64,000 bases of DNA from an uncultured Oligoflexia bacterium (GTDB lineage: Bacteria; Bdellovibrionota; UBA1018; CAYHWW01), in assembly GCA_964360145.1 (NCBI GenBank), contig CAYHWW010000002.1:3473-67472 (forward strand), read 5' to 3'. Shown here one piece after another: positions 21,815 to 32,765 of the stretch (its first letter is position 1; every line of letters starts with the position of its first letter). Made by a program: the position numbers and the translations under genes. The notes beneath the pieces were generated by a model. The model was not told where the DNA came from. It searched no databases and saw nothing but the letters and a program-made list of their open reading frames with translations.

Positions 21815-22539
21815 AAGTACGCGTAGACGTTCTCGTTGTTGAGCAGGGATTGGCCCCGACGCGGGAAAAAGCCCAGGCCATGATTTTGGCTGGGCAGATT
21901 TTGAGCGGTGATCGCCTTCTGGATAAACCAGGGATAAAAATCAATAAGGACACCCCGCTGAGGACACGGGGCAAAGTAGATCACTACGTTGGTCGAGGGG
22001 CACACAAGCTTAAGCATGCCCTGGTGCAATTCAAGATCGATCTTCAGGGCGCGGTCTGTCTGGACGTAGGCGCATCCACCGGCGGCTTTTCTCAAGTCTG
22101 CCTGGAGGCAGGCGCTCGAAAGGTCTACGCGCTGGATGTGGGACACAATCAATTGGACTGGTCACTGCGCAATGACGCCCGCGTGGTTTCAATGGAGGGA
22201 GTGAATATTCGTACGGCGCCACAGGGCCTCCTGCCGGAGAGGATGGACTTTGCCTGTATTGATACCTCTTTTATCTCTCTGAAGCTTGTCCTAGAGCCCG
22301 CCGCTCGTTTTGTGAGGACGGGAGGCACCATCGTGGCGCTCATTAAGCCCCAGCACGAAGTTGGAAAAGACAACGTGGGCAAGGGCGGGATTGTGAAGGA
22401 TGGAGAACTTCACGGGCAGGTTACCGATGCAATATCTGCCTATGCACAATTGATTGGTCTCGCTGTGGCCGGGTTGGTAGAATCTCCAATACGTGGGACT
22501 ACGGGAAATAAAGAGTTTCTCATCTGCCTTCAGAAGTAG
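21811..22539 (+). CDS. tlyA: TlyA-family rRNA (cytidine-2'-O)-methyltransferase
   Basis: S4 domain N-terminus (RVDVLVVEQGLAPTREKAQAMILAG), FtsJ-like SAM motif LDVGASTGGFSQV. Confidence 0.85.
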   Translation: MKVRVDVLVVEQGLAPTREKAQAMILAGQILSGDRLLDKPGIKINKDTPLRTRGKVDHYVGRGAHKLKHALVQFKIDLQGAVCLDVGASTGGFSQVCLEAGARKVYALDVGHNQLDWSLRNDARVVSMEGVNIRTAPQGLLPERMDFACIDTSFISLKLVLEPAARFVRTGGTIVALIKPQHEVGKDNVGKGGIVKDGELHGQVTDAISAYAQLIGLAVAGLVESPIRGTTGNKEFLICLQK

Positions 22540-23473
22540 GGGGAGGGTTGCCACCCTCGTCCTCGCTTGGACTGTCGCGTTGTCATCGTGTGGTCACACG
22601 CCCACAAAGGCCGAGCCGGAAGCGTCACAGCCCGAGCCACGGCCGGTCGTTCAGGTTTATGAAAATCCCGTGGGACCCGAGCCGCCATTGGGGCCCATGC
22701 CGCCGGAGGGATTTTCGCCAGAGAAGGGTTATGTTCTGGTTCTGGGCCCAGGGATGTTCCGCGCCATGGCTTATGTGGGCGTATTGAAAGAACTGAGCTC
22801 CCGCGGTGTCCGGGTTAACGCAATTGTGGGCACGGAAATGGGCGCGGTCGTCGGTGCTCTCTTCGCGCTGAAGGGAGCGGCGAGCATGGAATGGATCATG
22901 ACCAAGCTCAAGAAGGATGCCTTCAGTGATGTGCCGTTCATCACCATGGGAGAAAAAGAAGCCAAGGGAGATTCCGTGAGCGGGTTTCTCAGAAGCAACA
23001 TGCGCGGTGCCCGGCTAGAACAGTTGAAGACCCCGGTCTATGTGACTTTGGCGGATGCGGAGGGAAAGCCACAGCCGCTCGTATCCCAGGGGATCTTGGC
23101 GGAAGTGCTGCGCGACGCTGTGGCCACCACCGGGCTGATGAAGCCCAGGCACAAGCACGCGCTGCGATCCGCCGTGGATGCAGCGCCCTTTCCCATAGCC
23201 GAGGCGAAGGCTCTGGGGCTGGGACGTGTGGTGGCTGTAGATGTGCTGACGCCGCCCGCGCCGCCGGAGGAGGAGGGCGGATTCGAGGAAAAAACATTCA
23301 ACGTCATGAAACGTTCTCGGGAGCTCGCGGAAGGGCCCCTGAAAGACGCCGATACCGTCATACACGTGCCCGTGGAAGGCATCAGCTACCTCTCCATTGA
23401 AAACCGCGCGGAGTTGGCTTATCGAGGCCGCGCTGCAGCCGTAAAATGGGCAGATGAGGAGGGCTTGAGATGA
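22493..23473 (+). CDS. patatin-like phospholipase family lipoprotein
   Basis: Lipobox LSSC after signal; patatin oxyanion/GxSxG region (VLGPGMFRAMAYVGV, GTEMG); start overlaps tlyA 3' end. Confidence 0.7.
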   Translation: MGLREIKSFSSAFRSRGRVATLVLAWTVALSSCGHTPTKAEPEASQPEPRPVVQVYENPVGPEPPLGPMPPEGFSPEKGYVLVLGPGMFRAMAYVGVLKELSSRGVRVNAIVGTEMGAVVGALFALKGAASMEWIMTKLKKDAFSDVPFITMGEKEAKGDSVSGFLRSNMRGARLEQLKTPVYVTLADAEGKPQPLVSQGILAEVLRDAVATTGLMKPRHKHALRSAVDAAPFPIAEAKALGLGRVVAVDVLTPPAPPEEEGGFEEKTFNVMKRSRELAEGPLKDADTVIHVPVEGISYLSIENRAELAYRGRAAAVKWADEEGLR

Positions 23474-26076
23474 ATGCTCTTTTCAATGTCTTGAAATATT
23501 TTTTCATGGTGATGGTGACGGGAACAATCCTGACGTCCATTTTGGGGGCGGTATTCTTCCTGCATTTTTCCCAAGACGTGCCCATGCTGGAAAGCATTGC
23601 GGACTATAGGCCAGCCATTGTCACCCGAGTGCTTGGCAAGGGCGGGGTTCTCGTGGGCGAATTCTCGGAAGAGCGCCGTATCATCGTGTCCGCGGACCAA
23701 ATCCCTGACAAAGTGGTGAATTGCTTCGTCGCTGCCGAAGATGATCGGTTCTTTGAGCACCAGGGTATCGATTTCCTCGGCATGCTGAGGGCAGCGGTGG
23801 TGAATTTCCGTGCGGGTCATGTGGTGCAAGGTGGCAGCACCATCACGCAGCAGGTGGCGAAGAGCTTGCTTCTCACGCCGGAGAGGAGCTTCACCAGAAA
23901 GCTGCGGGAAGTCATCATAGCCAGCCGCATGGAGAAAAACCTTACAAAGAAAGAGATTCTTTATCTCTACCTGAACCAGATTTACTTCGGCGAAGGCGCC
24001 CATGGCGTTGAGGTTGCGGCGCGTACATATTTCAACAAGCAGGCGAAAGACCTCACGCTTCCTGAGGCAGCAGTGCTGGCTGGTTTACCACAGGCGCCGA
24101 GCCGTTATTCGCCGCTGCAAAATCCGAAGAGAGCCAAGGAGCGACAACAGTACGTGCTCCATCGCTTGAAAGAAAATGGCGGCATCAACGAAAGCGAGTA
24201 TCAAAAGGCCATTGCGGAGCCCGTGCGCATCTATCTATCCAAGGACTTGAATAAGGCGATCGCGCCCTATTATGTGGAGCACGTACGCAAGCATGTGCTC
24301 GAAAAATACGGCAAGGATCAGCTCTATCAGGGTGGCCTCGTTATTCAGACGCCCATCGACCCAGAACTGTCTTTGAGGGCCGCGCTATCTGTTCAGGAAG
24401 GGCTCCGCAACGTGGATAAGCGCCATGGTTATCGCGGTCCATTGGGCAAGGCTAAGAGCAAGAGCGACTGGCCCGCCGCTCTGGAAGACATTTCCGCCAA
24501 AAATCTTGAGAAAAAATTCCCATTCCGTGTGCTCTTGCCCGGAGGGTTCCATGCCACGGACCTCACGCAATACATCGCGGACTACAAAGGTCCCATGGAC
24601 GCCCTCTCCGACAAGGGGATCTACGAGGCTCTCGTTGTCGATGTTAATGATACCAAGAAAGAAGCCAGGGTGGACCTCGGCATCATCCGGGCCTCGTTGC
24701 CGCTCGATAAGATGCGTTGGGCCATTCCGGTCAAGGCAGGAGCCGTGCCTGGTCCCGGTGAGGTTGTGAATCGGGTGGGTCAAGCGCTTCACGTAGGTGA
24801 TCGGATCTTGGTGCGAATGGAAGAGAAGCAGCCCGCCAACGGTGGAATGCCCCTGGTTTCCCTAGAGCAGTTGCCAGACGTTCAGGGCGCCCTGCTCTCC
24901 ATGGATAACGTCACTGGTGAAGTCGTAGCCATGGTTGGAGGCTACGATTTCGAGACCAGTGAATTTAATCGAGCCATGCAGGCTGAGCGGCAGCCAGGCT
25001 CAGCCTACAAGCCCGTGATCTACTCCGCCGCCGTGGATCGGGGCTACACCGCCACAACGATCATCCAAGACTCTCCGCTGATATTTCGATCGGCGGACAA
25101 TGAGGCCTGGAAGCCAGTGAATTACGACGAGCACTTCTCTGGTGACACTACGTTTCGGGTCGCGCTCATCAAGTCCATGAATGTTCCCACCATCAAGATC
25201 GTTCAGGACATCACCATTCCGTACCTCATCAATTACTCGAGGCGCCTCGGCTTCACCAAGAACCTCAACCCCGATTATTCCATCGCCCTAGGCTCATCCT
25301 CCTCCACGCTGCTTGATCTTACGAGAATCTATGCCATCTATCCCCGTGGTGGGCGAAAGGTGCGACCCCTCTTCATCAACCGCGTACTGGATCGCGACGG
25401 AAAAATTCTGGAGGAGGCTACACCTAATTTGCCGCAGCCACCGGTGACGCCAGTGTTGGCTGCTGCCCCTAAGCCCGTTTTTGTCGCCGGCCAGCTGCAG
25501 GCGGAGGCGGAGCGTGGTGATGCACCTGCCATTCCTGAGTGGTTGGCGGACCCCAGTGATCCCGACCGCGTCATGGACCCCCGCACGGCCTATGTCATGA
25601 CCCACCTTATGAATGAGGTGGCCACAACGGGCACCGGTGCTGAGGCGAAAAATCTCAAACGCGCCGCGGCAGGGAAAACAGGCACCACGAACGAATACAT
25701 GGACGCATGGTTCATGGGTTTTACTCCGCATGTGACCACTGGCGCGTGGGTGGGTTTTGATTCTTTGCGCAGCCTGGGCCCCCGTGGCACTGGTGGCGGA
25801 ACGGCACTGCCCATTTGGCTCGACTACATGCAAGAAGCCGTGAAGAACTATCCCGACGTGGGTTTTAGCGTGCCTCAAGGCATTGCGTTCAACTATGTCA
25901 ATGGCAACACAGGGCGCTTGGTGAGCGCCACGACGCCGGGTGCCGTCAAGGAAGCATTCATTGAAGGCACGGAACCTGCACGTAATGGTGGTGGAAGCCG
26001 CACGGGTGCGGCACATCCTGCCGGAGGAGGGGACGATTCTCACCAGGAGGATTTCCTCAAAGAAGACTTTCAGTAA
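23470..26076 (+). CDS. mrcA: penicillin-binding protein 1A (class A PBP, glycosyltransferase + transpeptidase)
   Basis: GT51 motifs (EDDRFFEHQGID, GGSTITQQVAK, RKLRE), transpeptidase SxxK (QPGSAYKP), KTGTT. Confidence 0.92.
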   Translation: MNALFNVLKYFFMVMVTGTILTSILGAVFFLHFSQDVPMLESIADYRPAIVTRVLGKGGVLVGEFSEERRIIVSADQIPDKVVNCFVAAEDDRFFEHQGIDFLGMLRAAVVNFRAGHVVQGGSTITQQVAKSLLLTPERSFTRKLREVIIASRMEKNLTKKEILYLYLNQIYFGEGAHGVEVAARTYFNKQAKDLTLPEAAVLAGLPQAPSRYSPLQNPKRAKERQQYVLHRLKENGGINESEYQKAIAEPVRIYLSKDLNKAIAPYYVEHVRKHVLEKYGKDQLYQGGLVIQTPIDPELSLRAALSVQEGLRNVDKRHGYRGPLGKAKSKSDWPAALEDISAKNLEKKFPFRVLLPGGFHATDLTQYIADYKGPMDALSDKGIYEALVVDVNDTKKEARVDLGIIRASLPLDKMRWAIPVKAGAVPGPGEVVNRVGQALHVGDRILVRMEEKQPANGGMPLVSLEQLPDVQGALLSMDNVTGEVVAMVGGYDFETSEFNRAMQAERQPGSAYKPVIYSAAVDRGYTATTIIQDSPLIFRSADNEAWKPVNYDEHFSGDTTFRVALIKSMNVPTIKIVQDITIPYLINYSRRLGFTKNLNPDYSIALGSSSSTLLDLTRIYAIYPRGGRKVRPLFINRVLDRDGKILEEATPNLPQPPVTPVLAAAPKPVFVAGQLQAEAERGDAPAIPEWLADPSDPDRVMDPRTAYVMTHLMNEVATTGTGAEAKNLKRAAAGKTGTTNEYMDAWFMGFTPHVTTGAWVGFDSLRSLGPRGTGGGTALPIWLDYMQEAVKNYPDVGFSVPQGIAFNYVNGNTGRLVSATTPGAVKEAFIEGTEPARNGGGSRTGAAHPAGGGDDSHQEDFLKEDFQ

Positions 26077-26137
26077 GATTAAACCAGCGGCCGATCAATG
26101 AATGAACGGCCATTTTATGAAACCAGGACGGTGAACC

Positions 26138-26998
26138 ATGAGCGCAGTAGCCGCCTCCAGGCGGGATGAGGAGAAGGTTTTATTATTTCTCCTCATTTCT
26201 TTATTGCTCCACGGCACGTTGGCCGTCCTCCTTGATCTCGGTCGTCGTTGGGCAACGGAGCGCGAAGTCCGTGAAGTCACTATTGAAATTATTGATATCC
26301 CCCAAAAACGAGCTAACAAAGACAGCACGAAACATCAGGTGGTTGAGACCGAGCTCAAACACGAAACCAAAGAATCCGCGCCCGACGCCTATTTGAGCGA
26401 GAAGAATCAGATCGTGCGGGAGCAAACCCGCGCGGCGCGCACGGCACCCTTTGTCGTGGGAAGGCCTGGGGCTGCGAAGGGTAAGGCAGAGAAGCGGTCG
26501 CCCCCCGGCAAGAGCACGCTCCGCGATCTTTCAGAGTTGGCCCTGAAGCCCAACTTAAAACCTCTTGGCCATCTCAACCCTCAGATGCAGGAGGGTGCAC
26601 TGAGTTCTTCGACCAATGATTATCTGAAAAACGTCAAGGCAGGTTCCCAGACTCTGCTCAACACGAAGGAGTACGCCTTTTTCTCTTTTTACCAACGAGT
26701 GCGGCGCCAGCTGGAGCAGTATTGGGAACCCGGCCTGCGTAAGCGCCTGCTCAACATGGTGGCAAGAGGCCGTTATCTTGCCTCCGAACGTGAGCATGCA
26801 ACGAGACTTTTAGTGACAATGAATGTCGTGGGTACAATCACGAATGTTCAGGTGGAAGATACCTCCGGCATCCTCGACTTGGACCAGGCCGCAGTGGATG
26901 CTTTCAATCGTGCCGGCCCATTTCCCAACCCTCCGCATGGGATGATGGATCAGGACGGAAAGGTGCGAGTGGAATGGGAATTCATCCTGAAGACGTGA
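26138..26998 (+). CDS. TonB-like energy-transducer family protein
   Basis: N-terminal TM helix, charged/Pro-containing linker, C-terminal TonB-C-like domain (VTMNVVGTITNVQVEDTSGILDLDQAAVDAFNRAGPFPNPP). Confidence 0.55.
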   Translation: MSAVAASRRDEEKVLLFLLISLLLHGTLAVLLDLGRRWATEREVREVTIEIIDIPQKRANKDSTKHQVVETELKHETKESAPDAYLSEKNQIVREQTRAARTAPFVVGRPGAAKGKAEKRSPPGKSTLRDLSELALKPNLKPLGHLNPQMQEGALSSSTNDYLKNVKAGSQTLLNTKEYAFFSFYQRVRRQLEQYWEPGLRKRLLNMVARGRYLASEREHATRLLVTMNVVGTITNVQVEDTSGILDLDQAAVDAFNRAGPFPNPPHGMMDQDGKVRVEWEFILKT

Positions 26999-27305
26999 TC
27001 TGGGTCTTGAGCTTGTCCAAGCCTTCTTGGAAGATAAAGTCGTCCCATATGCCATCGAGCTCGCGAAAGGCCTGAATCATGGCCTGGGCGGCGGCTTGCT
27101 CGCTGACACCATACTCCTGAGCATAGTCGCGCATGGCGCGCAGAATGACCTGAAACCCAGGTTTACGCATGAGATCTTGCAGACGATTGCAGGCATTTGG
27201 CGAACGCGGGACCTTGGTGGCTATGACCGCGGTGTTCAAGATACGCGTGAAACGATCATTGGCGGCGGAGTTGGTTTCTGTGGATGTTTGATTATGCTCT
27301 GCCAT
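26982..27305 (-). CDS. hypothetical protein (107 aa), co-directional and downstream of gcvP
   Basis: ORF only; no recognisable motifs. Confidence 0.35.
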   Translation of the reverse strand: MAEHNQTSTETNSAANDRFTRILNTAVIATKVPRSPNACNRLQDLMRKPGFQVILRAMRDYAQEYGVSEQAAAQAMIQAFRELDGIWDDFIFQEGLDKLKTQITSSG

Positions 27306-27398
27306 GTTGAACCCGCAGCATATGATGCGCCGAGCCCTCTGTTGTCAAACTAAGCCGTGAAACTTAAAGACGTTGAACTCTGTTAAGAGACATCGTCA

Positions 27399-30284
27399 CT
27401 AGGTTTTGTTCACAGTCATCGCATACTCATCCGTGGGCGGACAAGAGCAGATGAGTTGACGATCCCCCAGGACTTCATTGATGCGGCTCACCGCGGGCCA
27501 GAACTTGGATATATGCTGATGACGAGTGGGATATGCGGCGCGCAACCGGCTGTACGGCCGCGTCCATTGGTCCGCGGCAATGGCCGTGGCGGTATGTGGC
27601 GCGTTTTTCAAGAGATTGTTGTCTTGAGTCATTACGCCCCTCTCAATCTCAGTGATCTCTTCGCGAATCTGAATCATGGCATCAATGAATCGGTTGATCT
27701 CATGAAGGGATTCGCTCTCCGTGGGCTCGATCATCAGCGTGCCTGTCACAGGGAAAGAAACCGTGGGGGCGTGAAACCCGTAGTCCATGAGGCGCTTTGC
27801 CACATCTTGAGGCTCAATGCCTGCCGAGGCCTTGAGGGGGCGGAGGTCGATGATGCACTCATGGGCGACAAAACCGTTCTTACCTTTGTAGAGCACGGGA
27901 TAGTGGGCGTCGAGGCGACGCGCCATGTAGTTGGCGTTGAGGATGGCCACCTCCGTGGCGCGGGTGAGACCGGTGGCGCCCATCATGGTGATGTAGGTCC
28001 ATGAGATGGGCAGGATGCTGGCGCTTCCCCAGGGGGCGGAGGAAATGGCCCCCACTCCGTTCTTGACTCCGGTGCTCACCACGGGGTGGGTGGGGAGAAA
28101 GGGCGCAAGATGAGACTTCACGCAAATGGGGCCCATGCCGGGGCCGCCGCCGCCGTGTGGGATGCAAAACGTCTTATGCAGGTTCAGGTGGCAGACATCA
28201 GGACCAAAATCACCGGGGCGGCATAGACCCACCTGGGCATTCATATTGGCCCCATCCATGTACACTTGGCCGCCCGCGGTGTGCACGAGCTCACACACCT
28301 CCACGATGGATTCCTCGAAGACACCATGAGTGGAGGGATACGTGATCATCAGAGCCGCCACGCGGCCCGCATAGTCCTTGATCTTGCCCCTGAGGTCAGC
28401 CAAATCCACATTGCCCTGGCCGTCACAGTCAACGACAACCACGCTGAGTCCAGCCATGGCGGCACTGGCGGGGTTGGTGCCGTGGGCGGACTTGGGAATC
28501 AAGCAGACATCGCGTTTTCCTTCTCCGCGGGACTCAAGATATTTTCGGATGACAAGGAGCCCTGCGTATTCACCCTGTGAGCCTGCGTTGGGCTGGAGGG
28601 ATACGGCGGAGAACCCTGTGATTTCGGCGAGCATGCCTTGCAGCTGCTCCAACATGAGCTTGTAGCCCTCCACTTGGTCCTGGGGCGCGAAGGGATGGAG
28701 AGAGGAAACCTCGGGCCAACTGAGCGGAAGCATTTCAGATGTGGCGTTGAGTTTCATTGTGCATGAGCCCAGGGGGATCATGGAGTTTGCGAGGGATAGA
28801 TCTTTGCCCTGAAGTCGGGTGATGTAACGCAGAAACTCTGTTTCTGAGTGGTAGCTGTTGAACACGGGGTGGGTGAGGACCGCGGACTGACGCTTATGGC
28901 CGCCGAAGCCGATGGAGGAGGCCTCTTTGGTCAGTTCGTCCAAGGTGAAGTCGAATTTGCGGCCCGACGCGAATACGGTCAGCACGTCCTTCACGTCAGC
29001 GGGGGAGGTGGTCTCATCGAGGGAGATGGTGATGGACTTGCCATCCAGGAGGCGAAGATTGATATGGCGAGCGCGAGCACGGTCCAAGATCTCATGGGCC
29101 TGGGCGTCTCCACTGCCCAACTTTACGCGTATGGTATCAAAGAACACTCCATCGCCCACATCGTAGCCAAGGCGCTTTAACCCCGTGGCGAGGAGGGCCG
29201 CCATGGAGTGTACCCGATGCGCGGTTGCCATCAGTCCCGCGGGACCATGATAGACGGCATACATGCTCGACATGATGGCGAGCAGCACTTGGGCAGTGCA
29301 GATGTTGCTTGTGGCCTTGTCCCGACGAATATGTTGCTCACGGGTTTGCAGGGCCAGGCGGTAGGCGGTGCGTCCTTCGGCGTCTTTGGACGCACCCGCG
29401 ATGCGGCCAGGTAGCTGACGCTTATACTCATCGCGGGCTGAGATGAAGGCGGCGTGGGGGCCGCCGTAGCCCATGGGTACGCCGAAGCGCTGGGTGTTGC
29501 CCACGGCGATGTCCGCACCAAGTTCGCCGGGGGACTGCATTACGGTAAGGGCAAGAATGTCGCAGGCCATGGCCACGAGAGCGCCACTGGCGTGGGCCTT
29601 TTCGATGAAGCCCTTGAAGTTGTGAACCGTGCCGTCAGTGGCTGGGTATTGCACAAGGGCGCCGCAATAGTTTTGTGACCAGTCCACGCTCTCGAACTTA
29701 CCCACGACGACGGGGATGCCCATCCAATGCGCACGGGTCTTCACCACTTCGATGGTTTGGGGATGGCAATGGTCAGCGAGGAAGAAGGCCCGGCGTTCGC
29801 CGTCCTTGCCCTTGATGGCACTGCACATTGCCATGGCCTCCGCCGCGGCGGTGCCTTCATCGAGCAAAGAGGCATTGGCTACGGCGAGGCCCGTGAGATC
29901 CATGACCATGGTTTGGAAATTCATCATGGCTTCAAGACGACCCTGGGAGATCTCGGCTTGGTATGGGGTGTACTGGGTATACCAACCGGGGTTCTCCAGA
30001 ATGCCACGTTGAATTACGGGAGGCGTAATCGTGCCGCTGTAGCCCATGCCGATGTAGGAACGGCAAATGCGATTTTTGCTGAACATTGCCCGCAAGTCTC
30101 GCAGGGCATCATGCTCACTTTTGGCGGCAGGGAGCTGCAGCGTACGCTTGATGCGAATTTGCCGGGGGACGGTGGCATCGACGAGCTTATCCAGGGAGGG
30201 AAGATCGAGGGCCTTGAGCATGATGGCCACTTCGGCCTCATTGGGCCCGATATGACGAGACGTGAATCCAGCAGTGGTATCCAT
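27399..30284 (-). CDS. gcvP: glycine dehydrogenase (decarboxylating), single-chain P-protein
   Basis: 961 aa, GcvP homology throughout including PLP-Lys region. Confidence 0.97.
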   Translation of the reverse strand: MDTTAGFTSRHIGPNEAEVAIMLKALDLPSLDKLVDATVPRQIRIKRTLQLPAAKSEHDALRDLRAMFSKNRICRSYIGMGYSGTITPPVIQRGILENPGWYTQYTPYQAEISQGRLEAMMNFQTMVMDLTGLAVANASLLDEGTAAAEAMAMCSAIKGKDGERRAFFLADHCHPQTIEVVKTRAHWMGIPVVVGKFESVDWSQNYCGALVQYPATDGTVHNFKGFIEKAHASGALVAMACDILALTVMQSPGELGADIAVGNTQRFGVPMGYGGPHAAFISARDEYKRQLPGRIAGASKDAEGRTAYRLALQTREQHIRRDKATSNICTAQVLLAIMSSMYAVYHGPAGLMATAHRVHSMAALLATGLKRLGYDVGDGVFFDTIRVKLGSGDAQAHEILDRARARHINLRLLDGKSITISLDETTSPADVKDVLTVFASGRKFDFTLDELTKEASSIGFGGHKRQSAVLTHPVFNSYHSETEFLRYITRLQGKDLSLANSMIPLGSCTMKLNATSEMLPLSWPEVSSLHPFAPQDQVEGYKLMLEQLQGMLAEITGFSAVSLQPNAGSQGEYAGLLVIRKYLESRGEGKRDVCLIPKSAHGTNPASAAMAGLSVVVVDCDGQGNVDLADLRGKIKDYAGRVAALMITYPSTHGVFEESIVEVCELVHTAGGQVYMDGANMNAQVGLCRPGDFGPDVCHLNLHKTFCIPHGGGGPGMGPICVKSHLAPFLPTHPVVSTGVKNGVGAISSAPWGSASILPISWTYITMMGATGLTRATEVAILNANYMARRLDAHYPVLYKGKNGFVAHECIIDLRPLKASAGIEPQDVAKRLMDYGFHAPTVSFPVTGTLMIEPTESESLHEINRFIDAMIQIREEITEIERGVMTQDNNLLKNAPHTATAIAADQWTRPYSRLRAAYPTRHQHISKFWPAVSRINEVLGDRQLICSCPPTDEYAMTVNKT

Positions 30285-30310
30285 GAATGCCCCCTAGGCT
30301 TTGCCTGTAT

Positions 30311-30703
30311 TTAGAGAGTGGAAACGTAGTCTGTGTAGGCTTTGCTGTCCAACAAACCATCCAGAGTGCTTTTGTCCGTGACCTGAATGCGGACTAGCCA
30401 GCCATCAGTGTGTGGCGCGGAATTGATGAGCCCGGGCTCTTGAGGCAGGGCACCGTGCACTTCAACCACCTTGCCCGTCACCGGCGAGTAAATATCGCTG
30501 ACAGCTTTGATGGACTCGACAACGCCCAGCGTATCGCCTTTTTTGAGTTCCCGTCCCACCGCGGGTAGCTCCAGAAAAACGATTTCACCGAGGGCCTCTT
30601 GAGCATGATCGGTGATGCCGACGGTAATCACGTCGCCGGAGGTTTGAGAAGTCCACTCATGGTCCTTGGTGTATCTCAGTTCCGCGGGAAAATTTTTACT
30701 CAT
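30311..30703 (-). CDS. gcvH: glycine cleavage system H protein
   Basis: Lipoyl-lysine motif ESIKAVSDIYSP; 130 aa. Confidence 0.95.
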   Translation of the reverse strand: MSKNFPAELRYTKDHEWTSQTSGDVITVGITDHAQEALGEIVFLELPAVGRELKKGDTLGVVESIKAVSDIYSPVTGKVVEVHGALPQEPGLINSAPHTDGWLVRIQVTDKSTLDGLLDSKAYTDYVSTL

Positions 30704-30725
30704 ATGTCCTCCAGGTCTGTGTCAC

Positions 30726-31811
30726 TTAGTAAGGTCTTTTGTAGAACGGCGTGGGCACCACTTCGTGGGGCACGCGTTGATCGCGAATCACCACATCCAA
30801 CTTTGTGCCATGGCCCGCGGACGCAGCATCAACATAAGCGATGGCAATGCCGTGATTCAAGGACGGAGAATGGGTGCCCGATGTCACGATGCCAACGGCA
30901 CGGCCATCCCTCTCCACAACGTAGCCTTGGCGGGGAACCCCCCGGCCCGCGGTTTTCAGGCCCACCAATGTCCGTCCCAAGCCCTTTTCTTTGAGCGCCA
31001 TCAACGAAGCTCGGCCCACGAAGTCACCCTTATCCATTTTGACTACCCACCCGAGGCCAGCCTCCAGTGGATTCAGCGTCTCGCTAATTTCGTGACCGTA
31101 GAGCGGAAACTTCATCTCCGTGCGAAGAGTGTCCCGGGCGCCGAGACCACAGGCCTTGATGCCGTAGGGCTGGCCCGCATCAAGGCAGGCGCGCCATACC
31201 GCGGGGCCGTGGTCCCAGGGCACGTAAAGCTCAAAGCCGTCTTCACCGGTGTAGCCCGTGCGGGCAATGAGGGCCTCCTTACCTAAAACGAGTCCCTCGG
31301 CGAACCAATAGTATTTAATAGCATCAAGGGCAGTGTCGGTGAGGCGAGCGACCACTGCGGCGGCATGGCGACCCTGGATGGCGATCTGGCTCCAAGCGGG
31401 GCTTTCATTTTCCACTGAAACGCCCTGGGGTGCGTGGTCCCGAATCCATGCGAAATCTTTATCCGTGTTGGAGGCATTGACGCAGATGAAGAACTCATCC
31501 GGGCCCTTGCGATGAATGATGAGGTCATCCACGCAGCCGCCATCCGGTTGGCACATGACGTTATATTGGGCCTGGCCGTCTACGATGCGGGACACGTTGT
31601 TGGTGACGAGGCCGTTCAAGAAGGCAAGAGCACCCTTGCCTCGCACCACGACTTCGCCCATGTGAGAGACATCAAAAAGGCCGATGGCGGATCGACAGGT
31701 GTTGTGTTCGTCGGCGAGACCCGTGTACTGCACGGGCATATGCCAGCCGCCGAACTCCACCATGCGGCCGCCCAGATCAATGTGTTGCTGATGTAGCGCG
31801 GTTTGTTTCAT
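30726..31811 (-). CDS. gcvT: glycine cleavage system aminomethyltransferase T
   Basis: GcvT homology (HQQHIDLGGRMVEFGGWHMPVQY). Confidence 0.95.
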   Translation of the reverse strand: MKQTALHQQHIDLGGRMVEFGGWHMPVQYTGLADEHNTCRSAIGLFDVSHMGEVVVRGKGALAFLNGLVTNNVSRIVDGQAQYNVMCQPDGGCVDDLIIHRKGPDEFFICVNASNTDKDFAWIRDHAPQGVSVENESPAWSQIAIQGRHAAAVVARLTDTALDAIKYYWFAEGLVLGKEALIARTGYTGEDGFELYVPWDHGPAVWRACLDAGQPYGIKACGLGARDTLRTEMKFPLYGHEISETLNPLEAGLGWVVKMDKGDFVGRASLMALKEKGLGRTLVGLKTAGRGVPRQGYVVERDGRAVGIVTSGTHSPSLNHGIAIAYVDAASAGHGTKLDVVIRDQRVPHEVVPTPFYKRPY

Positions 31812-32674
31812 TTGAGGTGCTCCAGGGAGGTCCGTGCCCGGGCGAGAGTCAACGTGTTGGCCATGAGCATGGCAATGGTCATGGGGCCAACACCACCAGG
31901 AACGGGGGTAATAGCCTTTACTTTGGGCGCCACCTGTTCGTAGTTCACGTCTCCAGCGAGCTTGCCGGTGGGCAGTCGGTTGATGCCCACGTCGATGACT
32001 ACGGCGGTTGACTTCCAGGGCAGATCGCCACCCAGCATTTGGGGGCGACCAATGGCAGCAACCACCAAGTCGGCTGTGGCGATGTGGGCAGCGAGATTGG
32101 TGGTGCGGGAATGGGCCATGGTGACCGTGGCGTCCGCCTGAAGCAGGAGCTGGGCCATGGGCTTGCCCACGATGTCGCTGCGACCCACGACCAAGGCATT
32201 CATGCCCCTGGGGCTGATCTGATAGTGGGAGAGAATCTCCATGACGCCCGCCGGAGTGCAGGGGGCGACGGTGCCGCGCCCCTGGGAGAGTAGTCCGACG
32301 TTTTGGGGCGAGAAGCAGTCCACGTCTTTCAGTGGATCCAGGGCATCAAAGATCACTCTCTCGTTGATCTGGGGGGGTAAGGGCTTTTGCACCAAGATGC
32401 CGTCCACCGCATCGTCCGCGTTGAGATCGTGCACCAGCTGCAAGAGGTCTTTCTGGAGCGTGCTGGCAGGCAACTTGTAGTCTTTGTGGCCATAACCGAG
32501 GTCAGCGCACATCTGGCCTTTTTTTGCCACGTAGACACGGCTTGCGGGGTCGTCCCCCACGAGAATGGTGGCAAGAGACGGTGGGCGCCCCACGCGCTGG
32601 CGGAACTCCGCCAACTCTTGGCGGAGCCGGAGATATAGCGCCTCAGAGACGGATTTTGCGCTTAATACCAACAC
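31808..32674 (-). CDS. folD: bifunctional methylenetetrahydrofolate dehydrogenase/cyclohydrolase FolD
   Basis: FolD motifs (ILVGDDPASRVYVAKK, VGRSDIVGKPMAQLL, PVPGGVGPMTIAML). ORF track extends to 32794, but GTG at 32672-32674 gives a canonical about 288-aa FolD; stop overlaps gcvT start. Confidence 0.88.
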   Translation of the reverse strand: MLVLSAKSVSEALYLRLRQELAEFRQRVGRPPSLATILVGDDPASRVYVAKKGQMCADLGYGHKDYKLPASTLQKDLLQLVHDLNADDAVDGILVQKPLPPQINERVIFDALDPLKDVDCFSPQNVGLLSQGRGTVAPCTPAGVMEILSHYQISPRGMNALVVGRSDIVGKPMAQLLLQADATVTMAHSRTTNLAAHIATADLVVAAIGRPQMLGGDLPWKSTAVVIDVGINRLPTGKLAGDVNYEQVAPKVKAITPVPGGVGPMTIAMLMANTLTLARARTSLEHLK

Positions 32675-32730
32675 GAGAATGTTGTAACCGCCGAGCGGCG
32701 GCTCCACAAGGGTCTTCAAGCACGGAGTCG

Positions 32731-32765
32731 GAATCTTGACGCCACGCCCGGGTGCGTCAAGATTC
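32731..32765. promoter_or_regulatory. perfect 12-bp inverted repeat GAATCTTGACGC-N11-GCGTCAAGATTC in the folD/flgF divergent intergenic region
   Basis: Perfect dyad about 60-90 nt upstream of the folD start on the minus strand. Confidence 0.4.

Noticed and set aside
26077-26137. Weak hairpin (GGCCG-N13-CGGCC) after PBP1A as a terminator
   Set aside because: Short 5-bp stem with a large loop and poor U-tract. Not convincing.
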